From Candidatus Micrarchaeaceae archaeon (lineage in GTDB: Archaea; Micrarchaeota; Micrarchaeia; Micrarchaeales; Micrarchaeaceae), in assembly GCA_050749665.1 (NCBI GenBank), contig JBOGRY010000018.1, positions 152,206-216,205 on the forward strand: 64,000 nt of DNA, written 5' to 3'. Numbering within the stretch: position 1 is the first letter of the stretch; each line of letters starts with the position of its first letter. Both the position numbers and the translations under genes were made by a program. The notes beneath the pieces were generated by a model. It was not told where the DNA came from and did not search any database. It worked only from the letters and a program-made list of their open reading frames with translations. Below are positions 1 through 9,821 of the stretch, piece after piece.

Positions 1-2
1 TA

Positions 3-728
3 TACAATTCCGCGTCGTACAAGCAGATATTCATACCGACCATAATAGGCGTTGCCTCCCTTGCAGGGCTGTATCCGCTCAGCGGATTCTTCGGCAAGGC
101 TGCGCTGTACGCATCTGCAAGCATACCTATATACGCGCTGCTTCTCGTAGTCGAGATTCTGAGCAGCACCTACATATTCAGATGGTTGTTCATACCGCTT
201 AAGAGCAAGTCCGACAGTAAGACCGTAGAGGCAAGGGCAAACTACAAGACCATGCCAAGGTCGATGGTACTGCCCATGGACGTTCTCGCCGTACTCGCCG
301 CAATAACAGGGCCTGTGCTTTACATGTACGTCCCTGCATACCTTGGAGCATACGGTGCGACGCAGTTCAAAATAGGCTTGCTGGACATCGCTGCATCGGT
401 AATTATCGTTGTAATAGGCATACTTGCAGCGTTCTATTTATTCTACAAAGGCAAGTACAAGATGAGCGATGGGAGCAGCATTCACGCGGCGCTGCACAAC
501 AGCGTGTTCGTAAACCTATTCTACGAAAAGACGGCGCGATTCATCGAAATCGCTGCAGACGTGCTTGAATCAATAGACCATTCAATCTACGATGTAATAA
601 AGGGGGGCGGGCGCAATGTCACTGAGTTAGGCTCGCTGCTGAAAAGGATGGAGACCGGCAACGTGAACGCGTATATCGCCGCTTTCATAATAGGCATGCT
701 GGTCATACTTGCATTGTTTTTGCTGTGA
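3..728 (+). CDS. nuoL: NADH-quinone oxidoreductase subunit L (ND5-like antiporter subunit), C-terminal part; the 5' end lies outside the window
   Basis: Frame 3 is open from the window edge. The translation 'LAGLYPLSGFFGKAALYA' matches the NuoL/ND5 'PxSGFFSK' motif and is followed by hydrophobic C-terminal helices. It lies immediately upstream of nuoM and nuoN. Confidence 0.7.
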   Translation, partial: YNSASYKQIFIPTIIGVASLAGLYPLSGFFGKAALYASASIPIYALLLVVEILSSTYIFRWLFIPLKSKSDSKTVEARANYKTMPRSMVLPMDVLAVLAAITGPVLYMYVPAYLGAYGATQFKIGLLDIAASVIIVVIGILAAFYLFYKGKYKMSDGSSIHAALHNSVFVNLFYEKTARFIEIAADVLESIDHSIYDVIKGGGRNVTELGSLLKRMETGNVNAYIAAFIIGMLVILALFLL

Positions 729-734
729 TGTGAT

Positions 735-2147
735 ATGTTCCCGATTATACTGCTGATGTTGGTAATACCGATTGCCGCGATGTGCGTCATACTCGCGACA
801 AAGAGGGTTTATTCAAAGACAATAACGCTGCTTTCCACGTCCGCGAACATGATACTGACACTGGCAATACTTGCGTCGTCGTTGATGTCAGGTTCGGTAA
901 ACATATCCGAGCAGTACCCTTACATAAGCTCTTTCGGGATATACCTGTCGTTCAGGATAGACATCATATCGCTTATACTGCTGATAATGTCCTCAGTGGT
1001 GCTGTTCGCGACTGCGCTGTCCGGCAACACCGAAAAGGAGAACCCGAAGACCGCGGGCGCTCTCATCATGCTATTCCAGCTGGCGGCAATCGGGCTGTTC
1101 ACATCATCAAACCTCTTTTTGTTCTTCATATTCTGGGACATAGGGGTAATTGCGCTGTTCCTGATGATAAACATGCTGGGCGCTGCGAATAGGAAATCCG
1201 CATCGATAAACTTCCTGATATACGAGATATTCGCCAGCTCGATGTTATTGCTTGGAATAATACTCATATACTTCTATACGCCAATACACTCATTCAACAT
1301 ATCATACATAGCAAGCAATTCGTCCATGATCCCCGCAAACATCCAGGCAATAATCTTCATTATACTATTCGTGGCGTTCATGGTCAACATGCCGCTGTTC
1401 CCCATGCACTTCTGGCTTCCGGATGCGCATACAGAGGCATCTACCCAAGGATCCATGCTGCTCTCCGGCATACTGACAAAATTCGGCGGATTCGGCATGC
1501 TGCTGCTGTTCTCGATGTTCACCATATCGTCCAAATTCTCCATATACATAGCAGCGCTAGCGACGTTTTCGGCTTTCTACTCGGTTCTGCTGCTGATGAA
1601 GCAGACCGACATAAAGCGCATAATCGCATATTCGACAATAGTGGAGATGGGCATAATTATGGTGGGGATAAGCGCAGCCAACTCCTTCGGTACTTACGGC
1701 GCCGCGTATGCGATGCTCTCGCACGGGCTTGCAATAGCGCTGATGTTCCTGCTTGTTGGGATCCTAAAGCACATATTCGGCGAGCGCAGCATAAACGTGC
1801 TCAAGGGCACAGTCGTGAACGCGACATCCACGACATACGCGTTCTTGATAGGAGTCCTTGCAATGATCGGGTTCCCGCTAACTGCCGGGTTCATAGCCGA
1901 CGTGCTGCTATTCATAGGATCGATACAGGCTTTCGGCGCATACGGGATAATACCCATGTTCGCGCTGGTGTTGATGGGCGCGTTTCTCTACTTCGTGATA
2001 AACAAGAGCATGATCTCATCGCACGAATACTCAAATACTGTCGATTTCACGACACTGGAGCAGAAGATAGGCTATTCCCTTTTGATAATCTTCATATTCC
2101 TATACGGGATACTGCCGTTCACGATACTTAACCTTGTAAAAATATAG
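735..2147 (+). CDS. nuoM: NADH-quinone oxidoreductase subunit M (ND4-like)
   Basis: 470-aa polytopic membrane ORF. 'FWLPDAHTEASTQGSMLLSGILTKFGGFG' matches the NuoM/ND4 signature (WLPDAHVEAPTAGS...LKLGGYG). Its position between nuoL and nuoN fits. Confidence 0.85.
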   Translation: MFPIILLMLVIPIAAMCVILATKRVYSKTITLLSTSANMILTLAILASSLMSGSVNISEQYPYISSFGIYLSFRIDIISLILLIMSSVVLFATALSGNTEKENPKTAGALIMLFQLAAIGLFTSSNLFLFFIFWDIGVIALFLMINMLGAANRKSASINFLIYEIFASSMLLLGIILIYFYTPIHSFNISYIASNSSMIPANIQAIIFIILFVAFMVNMPLFPMHFWLPDAHTEASTQGSMLLSGILTKFGGFGMLLLFSMFTISSKFSIYIAALATFSAFYSVLLLMKQTDIKRIIAYSTIVEMGIIMVGISAANSFGTYGAAYAMLSHGLAIALMFLLVGILKHIFGERSINVLKGTVVNATSTTYAFLIGVLAMIGFPLTAGFIADVLLFIGSIQAFGAYGIIPMFALVLMGAFLYFVINKSMISSHEYSNTVDFTTLEQKIGYSLLIIFIFLYGILPFTILNLVKI

Positions 2148-2157
2148 ATGATCCAAA

Positions 2158-3561
2158 ATGCTTGATATCGCTCAATTTTTCGTTTTGCTCGTGTTATTCT
2201 GCACCGGAGGGCTCGTAGCAATCGGAATAGTAACGGTATTTTGGAAGAAGAAAAGGGCAGGATTCTCAGCGATATCTACGCTGCTCGCGCTAATAGCTGT
2301 GTCGTCCACGTATCTTCTTTTGAGCAATTCCAATTCCACAATATCAAACACGGTGCACATATACCCGTTCTCGTCGCTTTTCGTAGCGCTGTTTGCTGTT
2401 ACGCTGCTTCTCGTGAATGCCCTTGCCTATTCTAAGTCCAAGGACTACAGCGACCTGTCGCTGCTGCTCGCGCTGTCGTTCGTTGGCATGTTCGCAGTTA
2501 CCACTGCGGTTTCAATCCTTGGCATATTCATAGGCCTTGAGCTGCTGGCCATAGCTACAGCATTCATGATACTGTTCGAGGGCAAGCATAGAGTGGAGGC
2601 AGCCATAAAGTTCTTCATACTCAGTTCAGTTTCAGTTGCGGTGTTCTCGTTCGCGCTGGCGCTGCTGCTGCCATATGACGGAAGCCTGATCCTTACCGCT
2701 GCGGTGTCCAACCCAAATGTCGTGGGAACTGCCCTTATAATACTCTCGATTGTGCTGTTCGTAGCCGCCCTTGGTTTCGATGCATCGCTGTTCCCGTTCA
2801 ACTTCTGGGTCCCTGACGTATACGAGGGATCCCCATCATACATAACATCGCTGCTTGCAGGCATAAACAAGAAGGTCGCATTCGTTGCGCTTATAGAGGT
2901 ATTCTTCGTTGTCTTCATAGCATACAAATCCGATTTCTCAATGCTGTTCGCAGTGCTGGCCGTGCTCACGATGTTCTTCGGCAACCTGATAGCTCTCACG
3001 CAAAGGAACGTGAAAAGGCTTTTCGCGTATTCGTCCATATCGCAGGCAGGGTACATAATGATAGGGCTCGCAACGGTAACGCAGTTCGGCCTTGAATCAA
3101 GCATATTCTACATCATAGCGCATTCGTTCATGATAATAGGGGCGTTCGCCATGGTTATGTGGCTGGAGTCAAAGAACCTGAAGACAATAGACGACTATGA
3201 TGCACTGAACTCCAGAAACAAATTCGCCGCGGCGTCACTTACGATTCTGATGCTCTCAATGGCTGGCATACCTCCATTAATGGGCTTTGCAGGGAAGTTC
3301 CTGCTGTTCTCAAGCGCCATAAGCGGCGGAATGGTGTGGCTTGCAGTAATAGGGATAATAAACAGCTTCATCTCCATATTCTATTACGCGAAGGTCATAA
3401 ACGCGATGTACGCAAAGAAGGAACAGAAGGCGCTCAGGATGGACATGTACGTAGCCGTGGTTGTCGCGCTTGCGCTCGCAGTCATAATAATATTCGGCAT
3501 ATACCCACAACCGATGATATCAATAGCCTCAAGTGCGGCAAGGTCCCTGCTTGGGATATGA
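2158..3561 (+). CDS. nuoN: NADH-quinone oxidoreductase subunit N (ND2-like)
   Basis: 467-aa polytopic membrane ORF. 'FNFWVPDVYEGSPSYITSLLAGINKKVAF' matches the NuoN/ND2 signature (FHFWxPDVYEGAPT). Confidence 0.85.
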   Translation: MLDIAQFFVLLVLFCTGGLVAIGIVTVFWKKKRAGFSAISTLLALIAVSSTYLLLSNSNSTISNTVHIYPFSSLFVALFAVTLLLVNALAYSKSKDYSDLSLLLALSFVGMFAVTTAVSILGIFIGLELLAIATAFMILFEGKHRVEAAIKFFILSSVSVAVFSFALALLLPYDGSLILTAAVSNPNVVGTALIILSIVLFVAALGFDASLFPFNFWVPDVYEGSPSYITSLLAGINKKVAFVALIEVFFVVFIAYKSDFSMLFAVLAVLTMFFGNLIALTQRNVKRLFAYSSISQAGYIMIGLATVTQFGLESSIFYIIAHSFMIIGAFAMVMWLESKNLKTIDDYDALNSRNKFAAASLTILMLSMAGIPPLMGFAGKFLLFSSAISGGMVWLAVIGIINSFISIFYYAKVINAMYAKKEQKALRMDMYVAVVVALALAVIIIFGIYPQPMISIASSAARSLLGI

Positions 3562-3562
3562 A

Positions 3563-4675
3563 TCACTTGGCAAGCCCCCTCAGAAAAAATCGCTTGAGAA
3601 TCAGGCTCGGTCTGTCCATGTCACCGTATTCGCCAAGGAACTTCTCCGCGCCCATCGCCTTAAGCAGCCTAAAGAACGCCTCCATGTTGCTGACCTTGAG
3701 GTTCGAATAGTAATCGTGCAGGAAGTTGTGCATGCCCAAATCTATGCTGTATCTCCTGCGCCACTCCTTATCATATGCATTCAGCGCCGTGCCCTTGTCT
3801 ATGTTTCTCCTTATGGCGTTTGCAAGTATCTTTGCCGAAGAGCATCCGAATATCACGCCGCCGCCTGTCGTGGCCTTAACCTGCCCGGCAGCGTCCCCTA
3901 CAAGCATGACATTGCCCTTTGCCGTTGATGACCTGCTGGTAAGCGGTATTATGCTCGCATAGCCGCTGTTCTTCTCAGCGCCTTTCAGCATGTCGCCAAG
4001 CATTGCGCTGCCTATGAATTTGGAGAATGCCGCGCTGCTGGTTATCTTGGCCCTGTCGCTTATGCCTATGCCCACTTCCACTTTGTCCTTCGAGTACGGG
4101 CATGACCAGCCGAAGAACCTATAAGCTATCTCGTTCGAGAAGAACAGCCCTGCCATGCGGCAATCATCCAATTTTGCTTTTGAGTATTCTGCCTTGTACG
4201 TGAGTATGTATTCCTTGATGTGCGGGAACGAGAATGAAGATGCAACAGTAGAGACAGCGCCATCGGCGCCTACTATTACCATATCCTTGTCCGATGCCAT
4301 GTCCAAGAGCTCTTTTCTTCCAAGCTTTGCCCCTAGCTTCACATTCGCGCCAGCATCTACCGCGGCGTTGGCGCACAGCTCGGCCAGTATGCCCCTGTCG
4401 ACAACATAGGCCATTGTCCTCTTTGCCTTCACGTGCAATCTCTCTCTTCCCGCGAAGAAGTCCGCCCCGTCGAGGCTGTTAACAACAGCAAGCTTCGGGT
4501 CTATGCCTATGCGGCCTAGCCCTGCAACGGAGAATATGCCAGAGGCCTTGGCAGCGCCGTCAGATACCTTCCTCTTAGCGTCATACACCTGGGTATCTAT
4601 GCCGAGCAGCGCAAGCTCCTTTGCAAGGGTCAGGCCAACGACCCCAGCGCCGACTATTACAACCTTCTTATCCAT
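3563..4675 (-). CDS. FAD-dependent geranylgeranyl reductase family protein (archaeal lipid or prenyl reductase)
   Basis: N-terminal Rossmann motif 'KVVIVGAGVVGLTLAKELALLGIDTQVYD' and a later 'MLVGDAAGQVKATTGGG' (GDAAG motif of GGR/FixC-like flavoproteins). I start it at the ATG giving 'MDKKVVIVGAG' (4675) rather than the ORF-track start at 4798. A TTAAATTTAAAT TATA-like element lies about 40 nt upstream. Confidence 0.75.
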   Translation of the reverse strand: MDKKVVIVGAGVVGLTLAKELALLGIDTQVYDAKRKVSDGAAKASGIFSVAGLGRIGIDPKLAVVNSLDGADFFAGRERLHVKAKRTMAYVVDRGILAELCANAAVDAGANVKLGAKLGRKELLDMASDKDMVIVGADGAVSTVASSFSFPHIKEYILTYKAEYSKAKLDDCRMAGLFFSNEIAYRFFGWSCPYSKDKVEVGIGISDRAKITSSAAFSKFIGSAMLGDMLKGAEKNSGYASIIPLTSRSSTAKGNVMLVGDAAGQVKATTGGGVIFGCSSAKILANAIRRNIDKGTALNAYDKEWRRRYSIDLGMHNFLHDYYSNLKVSNMEAFFRLLKAMGAEKFLGEYGDMDRPSLILKRFFLRGLAK

Positions 4676-4900
4676 AAAAACCGCTGAACAGTTACATACA
4701 GTTTCTATTACCTTAAATTTAAATCCCTTACTGACGCACCAGCACGGTGCCCCGATACGGTGAATCGTATTGGTAGCACTATATAAAGCTTTCCACATAA
4801 ATACTATCGTATTCGGTACGGTGGTATAACGCCTTCAAAAAGTCCTAATAAAAAGATAACAGGGCCTATAACGTCCCCGCAGATAAAGATACAGAACATA

Positions 4901-5176
4901 GTGGTAAGCGCAGATCTGCATGCCGTGATAGACCTCTATGCGCTCTCGAAGGAGGTAAAAGCTGTCGATTATGAGCCGGAGCAGTTTCCCGGGGCAATAT
5001 TTAGGATAGCAGAGCCTAAGGCTGTAATAATACTTTTCAAGAACGGCAAGATGATATGCACCGGAACAAACACCGAAGCGAACATAAAGCGCGTCCTGGA
5101 ATACGCGTCTAAGGTCATATCAAGATATGTCATATCCTTGAATCCTCCGGAAAAGAAGGAAAAGGAGCAGAAGTAA
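4901..5176 (+). CDS. TBP-like protein made of a single TBP repeat (equivalent to the C-terminal repeat of archaeal TBP); possibly a truncated or split gene
   Basis: '(SPQIKIQN)IVVSADLHAVIDLYALSKEVKAVDYEPEQFPGAIFRIAEPKAVIILFKNGKMICTGTNTEANIKRVLE' matches the second-repeat consensus 'PxIxxQNxVxSxDL...EYEPEQFPGxIYRxxxPKxVxLLFxSGKxVxTGAK'. The frame is open from 4787 and similarity begins before the first canonical start (GTG 4901). No ATG, GTG or TTG occurs between 4787 and 4900. Confidence 0.6.
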   Translation: MVSADLHAVIDLYALSKEVKAVDYEPEQFPGAIFRIAEPKAVIILFKNGKMICTGTNTEANIKRVLEYASKVISRYVISLNPPEKKEKEQK

Positions 5177-5177
5177 C

Positions 5178-6314
5178 TCATCGCGCTTTCTTGACTTTCC
5201 TGAGCTCCTTGTCGAATTCCCTAAAGAACCTTTCCCAAGAATAATGCTTTATGACCCTCTTTCTGCCTTCCATACCCATATTCTCGGCAAGCTTGTCGTT
5301 CTCGGCTATCTCCTTCATCCTGTTGCCCATGTCCTCTATGCTTTCCACCAAGAAGCCTGTCTTCCCGTCCTCAATAGTCTCCCTCGGCCCTCCATCGTTT
5401 ATCGCTATTACGGGCTTGCGGCTGGCCATGGCCTCAAGCGGCACCAATCCGTAATCCTCGTTAACAGGCGGATACAGCACTGCGGTGCATTTGGAATAAA
5501 GCTCGGCAAGCTTCCTGTCCTTGGCGTCTGTTATTATCCTTATGTCTCCGACCTCCCTGGCAAGCGCAGATACCTTCTTGTAGTAATCATAGTAGAACCT
5601 GTCGTTGGACACGCCGCCAGCTATTATGAGCTTGTAGCCCTTCATCTGCCTCTTAAAGTGGTTGAACGCCCTTATTGCGAAGTCCTGCCTCTTGTTCGGG
5701 GATATCCTTGATGGATACAAGAAATATCTTTCGTCCCCAGAATCCTTGTAATGCTTGTAGTCTATGCCCCCTCCAAGGACGTTCGCGTCGTCCCTGCCGT
5801 AGTACTTCACGATCCTTGATCTGGTGTTGATGCTGTTAGCTACTATGCGCTCTATGTCCTTTACGACACCTTGGTCTATCATCTTCACGGCCCTTGCGCC
5901 TATGACGTGCACGGGCTTTTGGTGCCATTTCTTGAGCGACAGCCTGTAACTGTAAAGGTCGTATATGTCACGAAGCGGCGTATGGCAGTACCACAGCGCG
6001 CGCTCGTTGTTCTTCCTTATCCAGTGGCTCGGAGCTATATGCGCATTTATGACATCATAGTCGTTCCTCAGCCTGAGCCCGTAGAATGATAAGCCGTAGC
6101 TTAGGCCTTGCGATGCCCTGCCGTAAGGAAGCTTTGCAAGGGTGCCCTGCCTGCCTATGACATCGACATCTATGTCCTTGAAGCCATCGAACGTGCCCTT
6201 GCCATCGTATTCAGCGGTATACAGCTTTGCGCCGTAATGCTGTGCAATCTTAAGAACAACCCTCTCCGCGCCTCCTCTCAATGTAAGGTTAGCGGTAGCC
6301 ATTACAAGCTTCAA
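5178..6314 (-). CDS. Glycosyltransferase, GT-B fold (GT4-like family)
   Basis: 378 aa. The C-terminal 'EDYGLVPLEAMASRKPVIAINDGGPRETIEDGKTGFLV' matches the E-x7-E region of GT4 glycosyltransferases. Confidence 0.8.
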   Translation of the reverse strand: MKLVMATANLTLRGGAERVVLKIAQHYGAKLYTAEYDGKGTFDGFKDIDVDVIGRQGTLAKLPYGRASQGLSYGLSFYGLRLRNDYDVINAHIAPSHWIRKNNERALWYCHTPLRDIYDLYSYRLSLKKWHQKPVHVIGARAVKMIDQGVVKDIERIVANSINTRSRIVKYYGRDDANVLGGGIDYKHYKDSGDERYFLYPSRISPNKRQDFAIRAFNHFKRQMKGYKLIIAGGVSNDRFYYDYYKKVSALAREVGDIRIITDAKDRKLAELYSKCTAVLYPPVNEDYGLVPLEAMASRKPVIAINDGGPRETIEDGKTGFLVESIEDMGNRMKEIAENDKLAENMGMEGRKRVIKHYSWERFFREFDKELRKVKKAR

Positions 6315-6366
6315 TCAAGCACCGTAAACAATTATATAGATGGCACACCAATATTATAAAGATACA

Positions 6367-7662
6367 ATGGTAGACTTGGGAGAAGGCCTTAGGCAGGCTA
6401 TAGCAAAGCTTACGAGGGCCACCATAATAGACGCAAGAACCATAAAGGAGTTCAACAAGGAGCTCCAAAAGACACTGCTCAGCGCAGACGTCGAGGTAAA
6501 GCTTGTATTGAAGTTCACCAATGACATAGAGGAAAAGTCGCTGAAGAGCAAGCCTCCCGCGGGGCTCTCGCAGAAGGACTACATAACAAACATAGTTTAC
6601 GAGGAGCTTGTAGGGTTAGTTGGGCCTACATATGTCCCCGGGTTCGAGAAACGGCGTATTCTTCTGCTTGGGCTTTACGGCTCGGGCAAGACAACCACTG
6701 CAGCAAAGCTCGCCAAGTTCTACCAAGACAGGGGCTTGAGTGCCGCGCTCATATGCTGCGACGTCACAAGGCCTGCCGCATACACGCAATTGGAGACCCT
6801 TGCAAAGCAGGCCAATATCGCATTCTTCGGGATCGCGGAGGGGAAAAACGCAGCTGCCATCGCAAAGCAGGGGCTTGAGCGTTTCAAGGACAAGCATGTA
6901 GTAATATGCGACACAAGCGGCAGGAGTTCGCTTGACGAGCATCTCATACGGGAATTGAAGGATGTCACAGAGGCGTTCAAGCCCGACGAGAAGATACTTG
7001 TGGTGAGCGCAGACGTCGGCCAGGTAGCGGGCAAGCAGGCGAGGGAATTCGACAAAACTGTCAAGATATCCGGAATAGCGCTTACAAAGATGGACGGCTC
7101 GGGCAAGGGCGGCGGGGCATTGAGTGCATCAAGCGCGGCAAACGCGCGCGTCATGTTCATAGGGACTGGGGAAAAACTGGGAAACATAGAGCCGTTCGAT
7201 TCCAATAAGTTCATAGGCGGACTTCTCGGCATACCTGACATAGGGTCGCTCATAGAGCATGTGCAAAGCGCGGTAAAAGATGCGAACCTCAAGCCCGAGG
7301 AGATCGAGGTGGAAGAGCTGAACTTCGATACCTTCTACTCGCAGCTCAAGGCTATGGGCAGCATGGGTCCGTTGAAGAACATATTCGCAATGATGGGCGC
7401 ATCCGACGTGCCCAAAGAGACGCTGGACCAGGGCAGCGAGAAGCTCAACAAGTACAAGACGATAATATCATCCATGACGAAAGAGGAAAGGAGGAACGAG
7501 CGTCTGCTTCACGACAAAAGCAGGGTAGCAAGGATCGCAAGGGGCAGCGGAACGTCCGATAAGGAAATACACAACCTCCTCTCAGAGTTCAACAAGATGA
7601 AGAAAGTGTTCGACAACATGAAGAACGACAGGAGTTTCAGGAAAAGGTTCATGAACCTATAA
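6367..7662 (+). CDS. srp54: Signal recognition particle protein SRP54
   Basis: GTPase motifs 'GLYGSGKTTTAAKLA', 'DTSGR' and 'TKMDGSGKGGGALS', plus a Met-rich C-terminal M domain. Start chosen at 'MVDLGEGLRQAIAKL', the typical SRP54 N-terminus. The TATA-like 'ATTATATAG' at about 6329-6337 fits a leaderless mRNA. An alternative upstream ATG is at 6340. Confidence 0.9.
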   Translation: MVDLGEGLRQAIAKLTRATIIDARTIKEFNKELQKTLLSADVEVKLVLKFTNDIEEKSLKSKPPAGLSQKDYITNIVYEELVGLVGPTYVPGFEKRRILLLGLYGSGKTTTAAKLAKFYQDRGLSAALICCDVTRPAAYTQLETLAKQANIAFFGIAEGKNAAAIAKQGLERFKDKHVVICDTSGRSSLDEHLIRELKDVTEAFKPDEKILVVSADVGQVAGKQAREFDKTVKISGIALTKMDGSGKGGGALSASSAANARVMFIGTGEKLGNIEPFDSNKFIGGLLGIPDIGSLIEHVQSAVKDANLKPEEIEVEELNFDTFYSQLKAMGSMGPLKNIFAMMGASDVPKETLDQGSEKLNKYKTIISSMTKEERRNERLLHDKSRVARIARGSGTSDKEIHNLLSEFNKMKKVFDNMKNDRSFRKRFMNL

Positions 7663-8003
7663 AAAACACAACGAACATAAAAAGCGGAACGGCAACAGCC
7701 GCTCCAAACTGGCTTTTATCTTTTTCGCTTTTTCGCCTTTGTTGCTTTCGATTTTTTCTTTGCCATTTCAATTCACTGTTTGCTTTTTCAGCGATTACAC
7801 AACACTAACAAGATATTTAAACTTGAGTAGTCAAATCAGATTATGAAGTATACGTATATTTACGAACATAAAATCATATGTAGGTAAGTAATTGCAAATG
7901 CGGTTAAAAACCTCCGTAAAATAGCCTAATAATATTTGTGCGCCAAACCAAACATAAATTATAATTTGGATGCGAAATATTGAGCAGCAGACAAACTGGT
8001 TTC

Positions 8004-9107
8004 ATGGCAGACAAACAGCAACTTGAAGACGAGCTGGACAGGCTCACGTCGGAGTACTCGAAAACGAAGTACAACAAAGCAACGAACAAGCACCTCGGCA
8101 TCCTGAGGAAGAAGATTTCCGAGGTCAAGAAAGGAATAATAGAAGCCGGCAAGGGCATAAAGGGAAAAGGCTTCTTCGTAAAGAAGATGGGCGATGCGAC
8201 AGTTTCGCTCATGGGATTCCCGAGCACCGGGAAGTCATCGCTGATAAATGTCCTGACAAACGTGCGCTCCAAGATTGCAATATACGAGTTCACTACAACG
8301 ACTGTTGTCCCTGGGACGATGTTGTACAAGGACGCGCACATACAGATATTCGACATGCCCGGCATAATAGAGAACGCCCACCTCGGTGCAGGGGGCGGCA
8401 GGTCAGTGATAGCAGCAATGAAGGTCGCCGACCTTATAGTGTTCGTTATAGACATAGACAGGACTGACCACCTTGGGATACTGCTCGATGAGCTCAAGGC
8501 CCTAAACGTCATGATAAACAAACCAAGGCCAAAGATGCAGGTGAAGGAATCGCCAAGCAACATAGGCCTAATAATAGAGACCAACAGGTCGAAGCTCAAC
8601 GACAGCGAGCTCAAGACCGTATTCTCCGGATTCGGAATTGCTAACGCAAGGGTAAAAATAGAGGAGAACATCGGCATAAACGACCTTATAGGAATAGTAT
8701 CAGGCAGGTACCATTACATGAGAGCCATAGTAGCACTCAACAAGATAGACACAAATGAAGACTACAAGGCAATAGCAAAGCAAATAGCGGAAAAGTACTC
8801 CATATCGGTCATACCCGTAAGCGCTACCGATTGTACGAACATAGACATGCTCAAGGAGGCCATATACAGCAATCTAGGCCTTATGACCATATACCTCAAG
8901 CCGAAGGACGAGGATAGTGGCAAGCCGCTGATACTAAAGGAATCGTCCACTGTAGGCGAAGCGGCGGCGAAAGTGCATACCGAAATACTCGACAACCTCA
9001 AATGCGCGTACATAACCGGACCTAGCGCAAAATTCAAAAGGCAAAGGGCAGGATCTGAGCATGTCCTAAAAAGCGGTGACACAATAACATTTATAAAACG
9101 CAAGTGA
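8004..9107 (+). CDS. DRG/Rbg-family GTP-binding protein with C-terminal TGS domain
   Basis: G1 'GFPSTGKSSLINVLT', G3 'DMPGIIENA' and G4 'NKID' motifs, then a TGS-like C-terminus ('LKSGDTITFIKRK'). Start set at ATG 'MADKQQLEDELDRL'. The ORF-track TTG at 7980 is the alternative. Confidence 0.8.
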   Translation: MADKQQLEDELDRLTSEYSKTKYNKATNKHLGILRKKISEVKKGIIEAGKGIKGKGFFVKKMGDATVSLMGFPSTGKSSLINVLTNVRSKIAIYEFTTTTVVPGTMLYKDAHIQIFDMPGIIENAHLGAGGGRSVIAAMKVADLIVFVIDIDRTDHLGILLDELKALNVMINKPRPKMQVKESPSNIGLIIETNRSKLNDSELKTVFSGFGIANARVKIEENIGINDLIGIVSGRYHYMRAIVALNKIDTNEDYKAIAKQIAEKYSISVIPVSATDCTNIDMLKEAIYSNLGLMTIYLKPKDEDSGKPLILKESSTVGEAAAKVHTEILDNLKCAYITGPSAKFKRQRAGSEHVLKSGDTITFIKRK

Positions 9108-9136
9108 GCATATAGGTCGTACAAGGTGTCGCGACC

Positions 9137-9568
9137 ATGGCCATAAAGTACTGGGAATTCGAGGATGCTCCGCTGAAAGAAAAGCTCAAGTCCGTGAAAG
9201 TAAAGGACGTTGCAAAGATATTCTTCGACAACGAGACCGAGGCGTACAGGTTCGCCACGCTGATACACACCGTGAAGAGAGCAAAGGAGCTGAGGCTTAA
9301 GAACGTGCCGAAGCACATACCGATAGCTACGGCAAAGAGGTACTTGGACTACGGCGTCGAGATCGGCATGCTCAAGCACGAGAACAACGCGTACATGCTG
9401 ACCGACAGGTTCTCCAAGCCCTTCAAGAACATGGCGACGTACATAAAGGCGTGGATGGAGAGCCAAGATGAGGAGGACCTCGAGCTGCAGTTCGCAAATG
9501 CAAGGGTTGAAAAGCAGAGCAAGAGGGGAGGGGCCGCATCCGCAGGCAAGCCCGATATCATAAGCTGA
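9137..9568 (+). CDS. Hypothetical protein (143 aa)
   Basis: Clean ORF in a coding-dense context, 29 nt after the preceding gene. I recognise no motif. Confidence 0.45.
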   Translation: MAIKYWEFEDAPLKEKLKSVKVKDVAKIFFDNETEAYRFATLIHTVKRAKELRLKNVPKHIPIATAKRYLDYGVEIGMLKHENNAYMLTDRFSKPFKNMATYIKAWMESQDEEDLELQFANARVEKQSKRGGAASAGKPDIIS

Positions 9569-9821
9569 GCCATGCAAAATTGCGAAGCAAATGCATAATC
9601 TAAATTAGCTTATTACAAGCCTATTCATGGCGGGCAAGACTACTGCGCTGGCATTTGTGGCTATAATAGTAATATGGCACGCACTTCTTCCAATCGACGC
9701 TTTGAAACGCTATTGCTGAACATGCTCGACTTTTTGCAGAAAGTCCTGAAGATCCAACCCCTGGTTTGGGGACTTTCCTATCTCTGGATCCGAACCCGAT
9801 TTTTCCTACGACAAATGTCTG

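Noticed and set aside
7716-7766. Reverse-strand micro-ORF 'MAKKKSKATKAKKRKR' with a TTTAAATA box about 50 nt upstream
   Set aside because: I know of no match to any small ribosomal protein. The Lys codons are simply the complement of the T-runs that most likely form the srp54 terminator on the plus strand.
7904-8677. 257-aa reverse-strand ORF, and similar long antisense ORFs (8762..9577, 16831..17535, 31180..31845, 31743..32453, 34331..35119, 54057..54833, 60837..61661, 61742..62260)
   Set aside because: Each fully overlaps a strongly motif-supported gene on the other strand (DRG GTPase, CysRS, PsmA/SBDS, Rrp42/L37ae, MCM, FtsZ). They have no motifs of their own and show biased, shadow-frame composition.
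9739-9779. Reverse-strand 'AGGAAAGTCC', identical to the RNase P RNA CR-I/P4 motif, next to a tRNA and in a genome that encodes Rpp30 and Pop5
   Set aside because: The complementary strand of the putative P4 lies only about 25 nt away, forming a simple hairpin. I found no CR-IV/CR-V 'ACAnAA...GnnUA' element or P1-P3 architecture in the 250-nt spacer. A 10-mer match by chance is not negligible in 128 kb of two-strand sequence. The region is kept only as an unassigned structured region and needs a covariance-model scan.
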